A stretch of 64,000 bases of DNA from Octopus sinensis (taxonomy: Eukaryota). Shown piece after piece: positions 11,860-24,130 of the stretch (its first letter is position 1; every line of letters starts with the position of its first letter). Under the pieces are notes generated by a model. That model worked only from the letters and a program-made list of their open reading frames with translations. It was not told the DNA's origin and searched no databases. Position numbers and translations under genes: made by a program. The DNA is taken from contig NC_043021.1 of NCBI RefSeq assembly GCF_006345805.1, positions 14,756,001 through 14,820,000 on the forward strand. The letters are read 5' to 3'.

Positions 11860-13224
11860 TATACATACACAAAAATATATATGTAGAAAGGAGATGCAAC
11901 AGTATATAATTTAGGGGAATAAACCATTCACTGGGAGGGCCAGGAAGGGTTTAAACAAATAAATCAGTTGGTTTTGGGGCATTTGGTGTGTGTGTGTGTG
12001 TGTGTGTGTGAGTGAGAGAGAGAGAATGTGTGTGTGTGTGTCTCTCTCTCTCTTAATACCCTTCTCCACTACTGTCCCCCAACCCACTCATCATCCACTG
12101 GACAGCTGAGATGCCATAACATTCCTGCAAGCTCCTACAGACATGTAATCCATTAAGTCAGCCTCATTAAGTGTGTTGACAGAGGGGCTGTGACGCTAAA
12201 GAAAGATGGACTATATGGCAGGGGGGGGGGGAGAGAATGTGTGGTGGCAAGGGGTTGAGTGGAGATTAAGAAACTGTCCCCTTTCAGATATAGGACCTGA
12301 CACACTACCTTCCAGCCCTTAACACCCTGCTCCCTGCCCCACCACCACCACCACACCCTCCACCCATTCCAGCAAGCAATAATAACAAACACTTATGTAA
12401 ACACTTCCATCTTAAGAACATTGGCAACAAGGTCAACATCAATCAGCAGCTCTCCACCCTCGGCCACCCCAACAAACACCACACCCTGCCAGAGTGGGGA
12501 TGGGGGTGGGTTGGCTGGCAGTGGCCGGGAGGAGGAGGAGGATTATAAAAGACTGAATTAATTCCATTTTTCGGGAGTTTTTTCTATTTTTATTTTTATT
12601 TTTCAAATGAGCAGTAACTTGGATAAAATCCACAACAAAATACTTCTTCCTTTTTTTTCAATATGTTCTTGTAATGATAGGGGACACACCAACTAAATTA
12701 TTGTAATTCTTAGGGAACACACAAAACATGTGTTGGAACAACAACAACACAACAACATGCTAAAAAAATTGCTCTCTTAGAGACTGTGAGGATTTTGAGA
12801 TTGGTTGTTGGGTGTTAGGGATCTTCCACAACACTTAACATCTAGGTACCAAGTTTATAATTGATGGAAAGAGACACCCCACCCCCTACTGAGAAACCTT
12901 GTGAGATCTTTGACAACAGGTTGCCATCTGTTGTCACACAATTAACTGGAGCAAAAGAAATCAAGAATTCTGAGAAGTAAAATTTAATAATAATATCAAC
13001 AATAAGGCATAGGCTTGCTTCCCAACCACATGGTTCCAGGTTCAGTCCCACTGTGTGGCACCTTGGGCAAGTGTCTTCTACTATAGCCTTGGGCCAACCA
13101 AAGCCTTGTGAGTTGATTTGGTAGATGGAAACTGAAAGAAGCCCATCACACACACATTTATGTGTCTGTGTTTGTCCCCCCACTGTCGTTTGACAACCTA
13201 TGTTGGTTGTTTGTGAAGGGCAGC

Positions 13225-13420
13225 AGTCACCCATGCATACCAGCCTCCCCTCTCCACACCACTGATGTCACAACACATTTCTACAGCTGAGTTAACTGGA
13301 GCAACATGAAATAAAGTGTTTTGCCCAAAAACATAACACGCAGCCTGGTCCGGGAATTGAACTCACAACCTCATGATCGTAAGCTCGACACTCTAACCAC
13401 TGAGCCATGCACCTTCACTA
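13225..13420 (-). mobile_element. SINE family C
   Basis: Reverse complement head ...GTGGTTAGAGTGTCGAGCTTACGATCATGAGGTTGTGAGTTCAATTCCC. Confidence 0.75.
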
Positions 13421-13964
13421 ATTGCGATAATTATTGTGATAACTGTAGTACCAAAAACCACCAAATATATGAAAAATAATGATGCTGATTATAGGTATCA
13501 ACAATAGGGCAAATGGAAAATGAATTCCCCAGTCGGCGCCATTCTGTATTGTAATACACATAGATGGAGTCTCACATATGTAATAGTATAGTGAACTAAA
13601 AAACTGGATAACCGAAATTATCTTTGTAATTAATTCTGAGACCTGAGCCAATGTAATTGACTAATCACTCTTCCACCCAAACATTTTATCCTGGAGATCA
13701 CCGAAATTAAGCAGCGCTGAGCTCAGTTGGTACTTAAGATGGGTGACCGTTTGGGAAAATGTACATGCTGTAAGTAAAATCTTTAGTTCAGGCAGCAAGC
13801 TGGCAGAATCATTACCATGCCAACCAAAATGCTTAGTGGCATTTCTTCCCTCTTTAGGCTCTGAGTTCAAATTCTGCTAAAGTTTACATTGCCTTTCAGG
13901 GTTGATGTAATCAACTGGCCCCTCTCCCCTAAAATTTCAGGCTTTGTGCATATAATACAAAGGG

Positions 13965-14317
13965 TTATTATTATGTGTTTTTCTTCTACCTTCAATTATG
14001 TTTCCATTTCTTACTGAGTGTCTTCCCGACAGCTAATGCAAAAAAAAAAAAAACTCACTATATACACTAAGACACTAAAATAAACAAACCCATTTATTCA
14101 TTTACATATTCAAAGTTATGTAGAAAAAAAGTATTATTTACACAGAAGGCTATCGTTCTCACAGTGACATAACTGTCAAAGCAATTTCTTTGCATTTCTT
14201 GCAGGAATTATTCTCAAATAATTTTCAGTTCTTTCTATGATGATTCCCAGTGCTCCTACAATCATTGGTAGTGTAACCACCTTCAGATGCCGCACATTTT
14301 TTTCCCCATTTTCTATG
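13965..14317 (-). pseudogene. R4/Dong-like (restriction-like endonuclease) LINE 3' end
   Basis: Minus-strand KNVRHLKVVTLPMIVGALGIIIERTENYLRIIP resembles the W...PVIVGALG...IP C-terminus of REL-domain LINEs; followed by a UTR and AAT tail. Clade assignment is from memory. Confidence 0.6.
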
Positions 14318-14575
14318 AGCAATTTGAACTCAAAACGTAAAGACAGACAAAATACCTATTTCTTTACTACCCACAAGGGGCTAAACACAGAGAGGACAAA
14401 TGGTTTAAGTTGATTATATCGGCCCCAGTGTGTAACTGGTACTTATTTAATCAACACTGAAAGGATGAAAGGCAAAGTCGACCTCGGCGGAATTTGAACT
14501 CAGAACGTAACAGCAGACGAAATATGGCTATGCATTTCGCCCGGCGTGCTAACGTTTCTGCCAGCTCACCACCTT
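14318..14575 (-). mobile_element. SINE family A with partial second unit
   Basis: Full copy whose 3' end GAAATA runs into GGTATTTTGTCTG, restarting the body. Confidence 0.85.
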
Positions 14576-15169
14576 ATATTCTGACTTCAAATTCAACTGA
14601 GGTCGACTTTGCTTATCATCCTTGGTGAGCTTATATTAAGTACCAGTGAAACACTGGGGTGGAGGTAATTGATTACACCCCTCCCCGCAAATTTCAGGCT
14701 TTGTGCCTATAGTATTAAGGAGTATTGTTGTTAAGGCAGCAAGCTGGCAAAATGCTTAGACGCTTTCCGTCCATCTTTATGTTCTTAGTTCAAGTTCCGC
14801 TGAGGTCGACTCCCCCAAAGTTTCAGGACTTATGCCTTTAGTAGAAAGGATAATTATCATTGTTGTTGTCTTCTTCTTCTTCTTCTTCCAATCAGGACTC
14901 ACACCATTAGCCACAAAGAATAATCTCTAATTCGAGCCTACTCTTAAGCTATTAAGAATGCGTGTGACAACTTGAAGATCCACTCACAACACGTGATAGA
15001 CAGGCGGTTGCACAGGCACAAAAGCTACACTGTTATCCTCATTCTGTAAACGGTGGCTTTTAACGGGTGGAGAGCTGAACCATCCTGGGGTACAGAGGAT
15101 TCGCAATCTAGACTAGGGTCTGAAATGTTACCACACCATAGTGGGTCACACCATGGTTCCTCTGCTTTG

Positions 15170-15372
15170 TGGCAGAAGTAGGAAGAAAGAGTGAGAGAGA
15201 GAAAGTTGTGGTGAAAGAGTACAGTGGAGTTCACCACCACCCCCTGCCAGAGCCTCGTGGAGTTTTAGGTGTTTTCGCTCAATAAACACTCACAATGCCC
15301 AGTCTGAGAATCGAAACCGTGTTCTTACGACCGTGAGTCCGCTGCCCTAACCACTGGGCCATTGCACCTCCA
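15170..15372 (-). mobile_element. SINE family C-related, alternative head/tail
   Basis: Reverse complement GTGGAGGTGCAATGGCCCAGTGGTTAGGGCAGCGGACTC...GGTTTCGATTCTCAG; matches 51660-51845. Confidence 0.8.
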
Positions 15373-15764
15373 CTGTTGTTGTTGTTATTAACATGTTGGA
15401 CAGAATAATCTCTGACGTAAGCGTATGGACTTTCAAGATAGCAAACCTATCTATTTGAGAATTACTATGAATTCTCCAGCCTTCCTGATTTTCCTGCTTT
15501 TCTACTTAATATTTATACTCGCTTCTGTCGTATCATTAATCATTAAATGTTTTGCTGCCATTAATAACCACCTATCCATCTTTTATTTAATTATACTTTC
15601 ATTAGCTCGACTGACACATCGCCCACAGCCAACTCTTGTTTGTCTGCATGCCATCTTCTTTTGTTTCAAACTGGATTCTATGTATCTGATCTGTTCTGAG
15701 CAATAACTGTCTCTATCTATTATACATCTTCTCAAAATATTCTTACTACTTAATACGTATCATC

Positions 15765-15950
15765 ATCATCATCATCATTTAATGTCTGTTTTCCTTGCTG
15801 GTATGGGTTGGACAGTGTCAAAGGAGCTGGCAAGGTTGGGGAGCTGCACCAGACTCCAATTGTCTGTTTTGGCATGGTTTCTACAGCTGGATCCCTTTTC
15901 TAATGCTAACCACTTTATGAAGTGCATTGGGTGCTTTTTACAATGCCCCA
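15765..15950 (+). mobile_element. Fold-back repeat family D, single arm
   Basis: (CAT)n-TTTAATGTCTG...GCTGGATCCCTTTTCTAATGC; same arm as 58276-58457. Confidence 0.75.
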
Positions 15951-15984
15951 TTTTTTTATGTGATAAATATTCCATATTTTTTGT

Positions 15985-16308
15985 ATATTGTGGCTTAGTG
16001 GTTAGGGCATTCAACTCAGGATCGTAAGGTCGTGAGTTCGATTCCCAGCGACGTGTTGTGTCCTTGAGCAAGACACTTTATTTCACGTTGCTCCAGTCCA
16101 CTCAGCTGGCAAAAATGGGTAGTACCTGTATTTCAAAAAAGGGCCAGCCTTGTCACACTCTGTGTCAAGCTGAATCTCCTTGCGAACTACGTTAAGGGTA
16201 CACATGTCTGTGGAATGCTCAGCCACTTGCACATTAATTTCATAAGCAAGTTGTTCCGTTGATCGTATCAGCTGGGACCCTTGTCATCGTAACCGACGGA
16301 GTGCTCCT
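15985..16308 (+). mobile_element. SINE family C, tail 2
   Basis: GGCTTAGTGGTTAGGGC A-box, GAGTTCGATTCC B-box, shared core, tail ...GTAACCGACGGAGTGC (also reverse-complemented at 51465-51655). Confidence 0.85.
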
Positions 16309-16624
16309 CCATATATATATATATATATATATAGATAGATATATGCACACACCTTTTCAATGGCTGAGGATTAGCTTCACGCTTTGATATTTGGAGTACA
16401 CCAAAGAATTTGAATCAAACTGTTCTGATCCGTATATATTTATTTAAAATTACTAGAAATGGCTTTTCTGATAATTTTTCCACTTTAATGATTAAGTTGT
16501 GGAAAAATCATCAAAACAGCCATTTCTATTAATTTTCTCAAATATATACTATACCAACGACTTTCTATTTTTTATTTTACTATATGTGCATGTGCCTATT
16601 TCTTATTCTACTATATTCTATTCT

Positions 16625-16985
16625 TTTCTTAGTTTCAGTCATTTGACTGCGGCCATGCTGGAGCACTGCCTTTAGACCCCCCCCCCAGGACTTACTCTTT
16701 GTAAACCTAATTCTATCAGTCTCCTTTTGCAGAACTGTTAAGTCATGGCGACATAAACACACCAGCATCGGTTGTCAAGCGATGTTGGGGGCACAAACAA
16801 ACACACACACACGTATATATATATATGACAAGCTTCTTTCAGTTTCCATCTACCATTTCCACTCACAAGGCTTTGGTTGGCCCAAGGCTATAGTAGAAGA
16901 CACTTGCCCAAGGTGCCATGCAGTAGGACTGAATCCGGAACCATGTGGTTGGTTAGCAAGCTGCTTACCACACTGCCACATCTGC
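16625..16985 (-). mobile_element. SINE family B
   Basis: Reverse complement of a complete copy. Confidence 0.85.
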
Positions 16986-19044
16986 GCATATATATGTATA
17001 TATATATATTAAATCCTTAAAAATGTTTTAGCCCGAAGGCCGCGGCCATGCTGAGGCACCACCGCTGAAAGACTTTTTAGTTCAAGACATTTTTTTTTTG
17101 TGTGTTTTGGGGTTGACTCAATTATTTAGTTGGACCCTTTTCTAGTAGTTGTTTTTGTTGTAGTCTTTCTATAGTGTCAGGACAGCTCTGATCAAGCGTC
17201 TGTATCGGCTGTATTGCAAGCAAAAACACTTTGAAATATCTACCACCGGAATTTGAACTGATGACCTATGAGTATGTGGCCTAATATTGCCCCATACCCA
17301 CCAACTCCTTCCACTTAGTCAGAGCCACTCTACCTCTACTCATACAGCCAGCACACATACCTGCACACAGGAAAATGTTTGGCTGGCTGGCTGGTTGGTT
17401 GGTTGGCTGGTTGATTGATGGATTGTAGACAGAGGAGAGACAGACAGACAGACAGGTAGGGCAGATATGATAATAATGTACATATATAGATATAATAAAG
17501 CTATTTTAGTATGAAAGAACATAAGAAAAGGGTGGGGAAAGGAATGTAAAGACAATAAATTGAAGAGGAGAAGAGGGGGGTGGAGAAATATGGAGTAGGA
17601 CATGGAGTCCTGGGGCGGGGTAGTGTGTATGTGTGTGTGTTTAAGACAAAGAAATTGTGAAGAACTGGTTATATGGGTGTCAAGTATGTTGAGTCAGTTA
17701 TCAAACAGCCCCTCACACCTACACCTGTGTGTGTGTGTGTGTGTGCATGCTTATGTGAGTGAGTGAGAGAGAGAGAAAGAGAGAAAAAGAGGGAATGAGA
17801 GAGAGAGAGAATTAGAGAGAGAGAATGAGAGAGAGAGAGAGAGAATGAGAGAGAGAGAGGGAATGAGAGAGAGAGAGAGGGGCATCACTCAAAATATGTG
17901 TGTGCGAATGAAAGGGTTTCACCCCAGTCTTGTGTGTTGGGTATGCAGGGTGTAAAAGGGCTCCACCCTAGTCATGTGAATGCATTTGTGTGTGTGTGTG
18001 TGTGTGTGTTGTGTGTGTGTACATGTGTGTGTGTGTGTGTGTGTACGTGTGTGTGTGTGTACTGTGGTCTCTGAAACATGACTGAAGGAGGTAGGGTAAG
18101 GGGTTGGAAAGAGAGAAAGAAGGAAAGTGATGTACTTAAAATATGGAATGGTGGAGATGGGGAGGGAGGGGGAGGCGAAAAGAGAGAACAAATCAATAGA
18201 AAAATATAAGGAAAGAAAGAAAAGTATGAAAAGAAAGAAGAGAATTAAGAAACAAAGGAAGAGAAAGAGACATTGCAGGAAAGAAAGAAGGAAGAAACGA
18301 AAGAAAACAGAGAGAGAATAAGAAAAAGAGGAAGCAAGAAATATATAATGAATGAAAGACAAAGCAAAAAGGAAGGAAAAACATCGAATGAAAATGAGAA
18401 AGAAATAATGAAAGCTCCCCTGCTCCCGATACTGCCTGACAACTGGTCAGTGTATTTACAGCCCTGTAACTTAGCAGTTTGGCAAAAGGGACCAATAGAA
18501 TGAGTACTGAGATTGGTTCGTTCAACTAAAACCCTTCTAGATGGTGCTCCAGGATGGCCACAGTCAAATGACTGAAACAAGTAAAATATTAAAGGAATAT
18601 CGTCGTTTTAATGTCTACTTTTTGCTGCTTGCATGGGTCAGAAGGAATATGGATTGATGTCTTTCCTGTTGCCAACCCTCCTTTGTTCCCCAAGCAAAAT
18701 GATATTCCTTCATGACCCTTCACGTTTCCATGGAAGATTGGAAACAAATGACATGGCCTTGTCTTGACCACATCACTTGCTTACAACTTCGACGTAATGT
18801 TAAGACAAGGAGACATAATGACAAACAACACACACACACTTAGAAATTAAGGATATCTCAGATGCAATGAATGGCTGTGAAAAATACTTTTAGAAAATTG
18901 GGTAAAAATATCCCTTTAAGATGGAAAAAAAAACGCAGCCAGCAGACACTGTAGAAAATAGAACTCAGTACCACTGAAATTCTGGCTGAGTGCTCTGTAG
19001 CATTGAGCTAAATGACCCCAACACACGTTGCACTTCTTTCAGTT

Positions 19045-19460
19045 TCTTATTTCTTTATTGCCCACAAGGGGCTAAACATAGAGGGGACAAACAAGGACAA
19101 AGGGATTAAGTCAATTACATCGATCCCAGTGCATAACTGGTACTTAATTTATCGACCCCGAAAGGATGAAAGGCAAAGTCGACCTCGACGGAATTTGAAC
19201 TCAGAATGTAATGGCAGATGAAATACCTATTTCTTTATTACCCACAAGGGACTAAACACAGAGGGGACAAACAAGGACAGACATAGGTATTAAGTCGATT
19301 ACATCGACCCCAGTGCGTAACTGGTACTTAATTTATCGACCCCGAAAGGATGAAAGGCAAAGTCGACCTCGACGGAATTTGAACTCACAACGTAACGGCA
19401 GATGAAATACCGCCAAGCATTTCACCCGGTGTGCTAACATTTCTGCCAGCTCACCGCCTT
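19045..19460 (-). mobile_element. SINE family A head-body-body dimer
   Basis: Second body restarts at GGTATTTC directly after the first tail (junction about 19222-19232). Confidence 0.85.
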
Positions 19461-19860
19461 TCAGTTTCTGTCTCCCAAATCCACTTGCAAATCTTAGGTT
19501 GGCCCAGGACTGTAAGAGAAAACAATCGCTCAGAGTGCCATGCAGTGGGGACAGTCACATATATAAAATGTGTGTGACCCTATCCCTTTCATTCTGTCAC
19601 ATAATCAGAAGAAATATTTGACCCCATATTAATGAAAACGGGTATGGGTGTGTGTAGGCATGGGGTATGGCTTGCTTCCCAGATACAGGGTTTCGGGTTC
19701 AGTCCCAGCGTGTGGAACCTTGGGCAAGTGTTTTCTGCTATAGCCCCGGGCCAACCGAAGCTTTGTGATTGAATTTGGTAGACAGAAATTACTGCCGCGT
19801 GTGTATGGGTGTGTGTAGATGCTTGTGCCTCTCTGAGAGAAAAAAGGAATAATAACTCTC

Positions 19861-20260
19861 TTTTTTACTCTTTTACTTGTTTCAGTCATTTGACTGTGGC
19901 CATGCTGGAGCACCGCCTTTAGTCGAGCAACTCGACCCCGGGACTTATTCTTTTGTAAGCCCAGTACTTATTCTATCGGTCTCTTTTGCCGAACCGCTAA
20001 GTGACGGGGACATAAACACACCAGCATCGGTTGTCAAGCAATGCTAGGGGGACAAACACAGACACACAAACATACACGCACACATATATACATATATACG
20101 CCGGGCTTCTTTCAGTTTCCGTCTACCAAATCCACTCACAAGGCTTTGGTCGGCCCGAGGCTATAGTAGAAGACACTTGCCCAAGGTGCCATGCAGTGGG
20201 ACTGAACCCGGAACCATGTGGTTGGTAAACAAGCTACTACCACACAGCCACTCCTGCGCC
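19861..20260 (-). mobile_element. SINE family B, full length, little diverged
   Basis: CpG-rich, complete head to tail. Confidence 0.9.
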
Positions 20261-20446
20261 TAGACATTTTCTAGAATAAGTACCAGACAAAACTAAGTAT
20301 TGTTGGGCAGCTCCAGCTTGGCCTCAGTCAGATGACTGAGAAAAGTAAAATATATAAAAATGAAACAAGTGTCTTCTAGTTTAACCCCGAGTCAACCAGT
20401 GCCTTGTGGGTAAGATTGGTAGATGAAAACTATGAGGAAGCCCATT

Positions 20447-20850
20447 GACTGGTAAAGCCTGTTTGAAGTCCCCTTATAAAACTAATGTAACTCCTCCCAT
20501 AGATTCATCGTTGCCTCTCATGTCCTATAAGGCTTTACCAAGAGCTTCCATTGCACGTCTATGCGACATGGTGCATTCATCCCAAATGATAAGGTGGCTT
20601 TGGCACAACACTTCTGCTGAACCTGAATCTTTGCTTATGTTACAAAATGGACTGTCATCTGTGACCAGGTTTCGTGGTAACTTAAAAGCAGAATGAGCTG
20701 TTCGTCCTCCTGAGAGAATGGTGGAAGCAAAGCCAGACAATGGTACAGCAACTGCAATTCTTTTTTGTTGCCTTACCTTGGAGAGAAGCAATGTTACAAA
20801 TGTTTTACCTGTGTCGCTGAGAGCATTCAAGAAAGAAAATTCCTCTACGT
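20447..20850 (-). pseudogene. Helitron PIF1-family helicase fragment
   Basis: FLNALSDTGKTF (decayed Walker A GGTGKT), GGRTAHSAFKLP, IIWDECTM (Walker B), then past stops at 20525 and 20474 DMRGNDESMGGVTLVL*GDFKQALPV (motif III). Confidence 0.9.
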
Positions 20851-21383
20851 TTTTTTTTTTTCTGGCGATTATGGAACGCCACACAGACAGAGTATCAAAC
20901 AGATGATGAAATGGACATTTGTGTGAGAAAAAGAGAGAGAGCGAGAGAAAGCGAGCGAATGCGTGTTGTCATGTATACGTACATACATAAATAAATAAGC
21001 ATCTTTCTTGTGTGTGTGTGTGTGTGAGTGAGAGAGAGAGAGTGTGCCACTTAGACATCACTCTCTCACACATATACACACACACATACATACATACAAA
21101 ACGATGTATGCATATGTATTTATGTATGTACGTATACGTGAAAACGCACTCCGGATCTTTTCGGTTTGAACGGCAGTTTTTCACGTAATTTCTAGGTAAC
21201 TAAAAAAATTTTAAAAGATCCCACACTCCTTCACTCACTCAAATACACACACACATACATAAATGTATACAAACGTACATACAAAAAACACACGTGTGCG
21301 CGCGAGTGACTACAGCGTGCAAAAAAAAAAAAAAAAGAATGTGTGACTTCAGAACGAAATCAAACCTAGTGAGTGAGTGAGCG

Positions 21384-21430
<47 letters not shown>

Positions 21431-21850
21431 ATTGCAAACAATGAATGAGATAAACATGGAATGAAAACAAAAAATCGTATAAATAAAAGCATGTTAAAGA
21501 CTGTTTTGTACCGAATATATAAATTTGTGAACTTAGTAAATATTTGTTTCAGTAATTTATCGTAGCTGTTTACAAATAGCGAACATTAAAAAAAAAAACG
21601 AGAGCGAGAGAGACTTTCGCCATTTTTACGTCAATACTAGAAGTTGACATTGGGAAACGTTTTTGAAGAGAATCATAAAAATCTAAAGCAGTATTTTATA
21701 TTTTTAGGCAAAAAATCAAATGAAGACACTATTATATGTCCGAGGTCAAATTATTCATACATTATAAGTATGGAAGCAATTGGTGAAACCATTTTCGCGT
21801 GAAAAGCGAATCCACACACATCTCTATATTATATTATCAATATATATAAG
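20850..21850 (-). mobile_element. Probable non-coding upstream part of the same degraded Helitron
   Basis: Contiguous with the helicase; the minus strand starts AT-rich then CTTTTCACGCGAAAATGGTTTCACCAATTG, resembling Helitron 5' regions; contains palindrome 20961-21147. No clean TC end seen. Confidence 0.4.
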
Positions 21851-22089
21851 GTATACATACATACATACATATATATACATACATACTACATACATATATA
21901 TATATACATATATATACATATACATATTTCTTTACTACCCATAAAGGGCTAAACACAGAGGGAACAAACAAGGACAGACAAAGGGATTAAGTCAATTACA
22001 TCGACCCCAGTGCGTAACTGGTACTTAATTTATACATACATACATATACATACATATACATATATATACATACATATACATACATACAT

Positions 22090-22124
<35 letters not shown>

Positions 22125-22130
<6 letters not shown>

Positions 22131-22692
22131 GGAAGTAAATAGACATCTTTAATTTTCAAAATTTCTGATCTAAGCGTCCTAATATGTTTTCAGCAGTGTA
22201 GAATTTACAATGTAATTATTCTCTTTCATTCCAGGTGCCATTATGTTAAACATTTGCGAAGAGTAACCATGCCACACACAAAAAATTCAGCAGAACTGTC
22301 AGATTTCCAAAGAGGTCATATACTGTTAGGCAATCTGAGGCTGGTCTTAGCCAGCGAAAAATTGCCGAAAATCTTCAAATTCCTTTTGCTACTGTAAATA
22401 GAATTATAGCGTAATTCAAAAACCAAGAAAAAGAATCAACAGATTCTCGTCCCGGCCGACCTGGGCCCTTGGAAAGGAAGCTTCACTGTTTGAAGAGAAG
22501 TGTAGAAAACGAACCCTGTTCGAAGGCTTCTGACATTGCAAAACAGCTAGCTGTTAGTCCAAGAACGTGTGCTACATATCTGCATAAGCTTGGGCATTAT
22601 GGACGAGCAGCTAGAAGAAAATCTCTCCTTCAACCAATTAATATCAAATAAAAGATTTTGAAAATTAAAAGTGTCTATTTACTTCCCGCATG
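22125..22692 (+). mobile_element. Internally deleted Tc1-family element with both TIRs
   Basis: 38-bp TIRs at 22125-22162 and 22655-22692 (34/38 match); flanked by (CA)n and (TG)n so the TA TSD is obscured. Confidence 0.9.
22269..22651 (+). pseudogene. Tc1 transposase N-terminal DNA-binding region (no DDE domain)
   Basis: MPHTKNSAELSDFQRGHI, frameshift, EAGLSQRKIAENLQIPFATVNRII (HTH), stop at 22412, RPGRP, then HKLGHYGRAARRKSLL; ends at the right TIR. Confidence 0.85.
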
Positions 22693-22713
22693 TCTGTGTG
22701 TGTGTGTGTGGTG

Positions 22714-22760
<47 letters not shown>

Positions 22761-23688
22761 CTAGCCTTAAACAACCCTGTGTTGGCCAATAAAGTATTCA
22801 TGGAGTTGTTTGCCAGTTTGTAAAACGAGAATTCATGGTACTTCTGCATGTATGTATATTTAACCTAACTTCTGGACTTATAAATTGGAACTATTCAAAC
22901 AATAGCTATCAATTTACACGAGTAGAAGTTTTTTTTAAAACAATTTTTATCCCGAAAATCACCTGTTACTTTTGGGGAAAGAGAGGAGAAAGTGAACGAT
23001 GTATGAACGAGTATGTGAAATGGACGTGTGTGTATGTATGTATGTGTTTGTGAGAGAGAGAGTGCCACTTACACATACATGAGAACATACATTCACTCAC
23101 ACTCTCTCTCTCTCTCACACACACACACATACATGCATATGTATTGATGCATGTATGTATACATGACAACACACCCTTCACTCACACTCTCTCTCTCACA
23201 CCACACACGTCCATTTCATATACTCGTACATACATCTCCTTTTTCCTCTCTTTCACCTTAAAACAAAAAGAGTAAATAAATAAATTTTTTAGAGAAATTA
23301 ATCAACTCCGGATAATGTAATCACATTCAGTTAGGAATATTTCTAAATGATTAAAATATTGTGTACGTCAAAAAGTTGACGTTTTTTTTGTCCTAGAGAG
23401 GTCGAAGACTATGTGTGTGTATATGTCACAAATAGTGGACATGTTTGTGTTGATTGACATGCCATGACACTCATTATATTTGTGTGTATGTGTATTGACG
23501 AAACAGAAGCCATGTACTTTTTTCGTCAAGAAATAAACAAAAATTGTGTTTTCATCATTTAAATAGAGGTCCAAATGTCCCAAAAATTTGTACTGCACTG
23601 CCAAATGTAAGTGTGAAAATACATATGTAAAAAAAATAAGATAAAATATACTATTTCTGAGATATTTCAGTCAGAAATGCACTCATAG

Positions 23689-23746
<58 letters not shown>

Positions 23747-23818
23747 GTGCGTGCGTGTGTATCACCCCATAGCTTCCTTGAGAGCTTCAGAAACAAAGTA
23801 CAATTTTATTTGGAAAAG

Positions 23819-23910
23819 TATTGGGTTGTCCGGAAAGTTTGTACCGATTTTTAAAGGAAAGAAAAAGGTCAATGAATACTTGCCATTACATTTAAATTAT
23901 TTAAAAACAA
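23819..23910. mobile_element. mariner terminal fragment
   Basis: TA-TTGGGTTGTCCGGAAAGTTTGTACCGATTT resembles a mariner TIR; partner end not found. Confidence 0.5.
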
Positions 23911-24043
23911 GCTTATATCAGAGAACCAGGTGTGGTCTCAGGCAGGTTAGTATCAAAAAGGTTAATCGTATTCAGGGCCTTACAAGGTAAACAAAACAAG
24001 GATTTTTTTTTTTTCCTTCCTTGCCTCACCAATTTTATTCCAG

Positions 24044-24130
24044 TATCAAACAGGGGAAATACATTCCAAGTGGGATGTGTCAACTGCATCACACCATTTT
24101 GTAATTAATTATGTAACATCTGCAACAAAG
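24044..24130 (+). other. Candidate 87-nt exon (unverified)
   Basis: Long pyrimidine tract plus TTCCAG acceptor, AAG|GTGAGT donor, open in phase 0 (YQTGEIHSKWDVSTASHHFVINYVTSATK); no recognisable homology. Confidence 0.25.
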
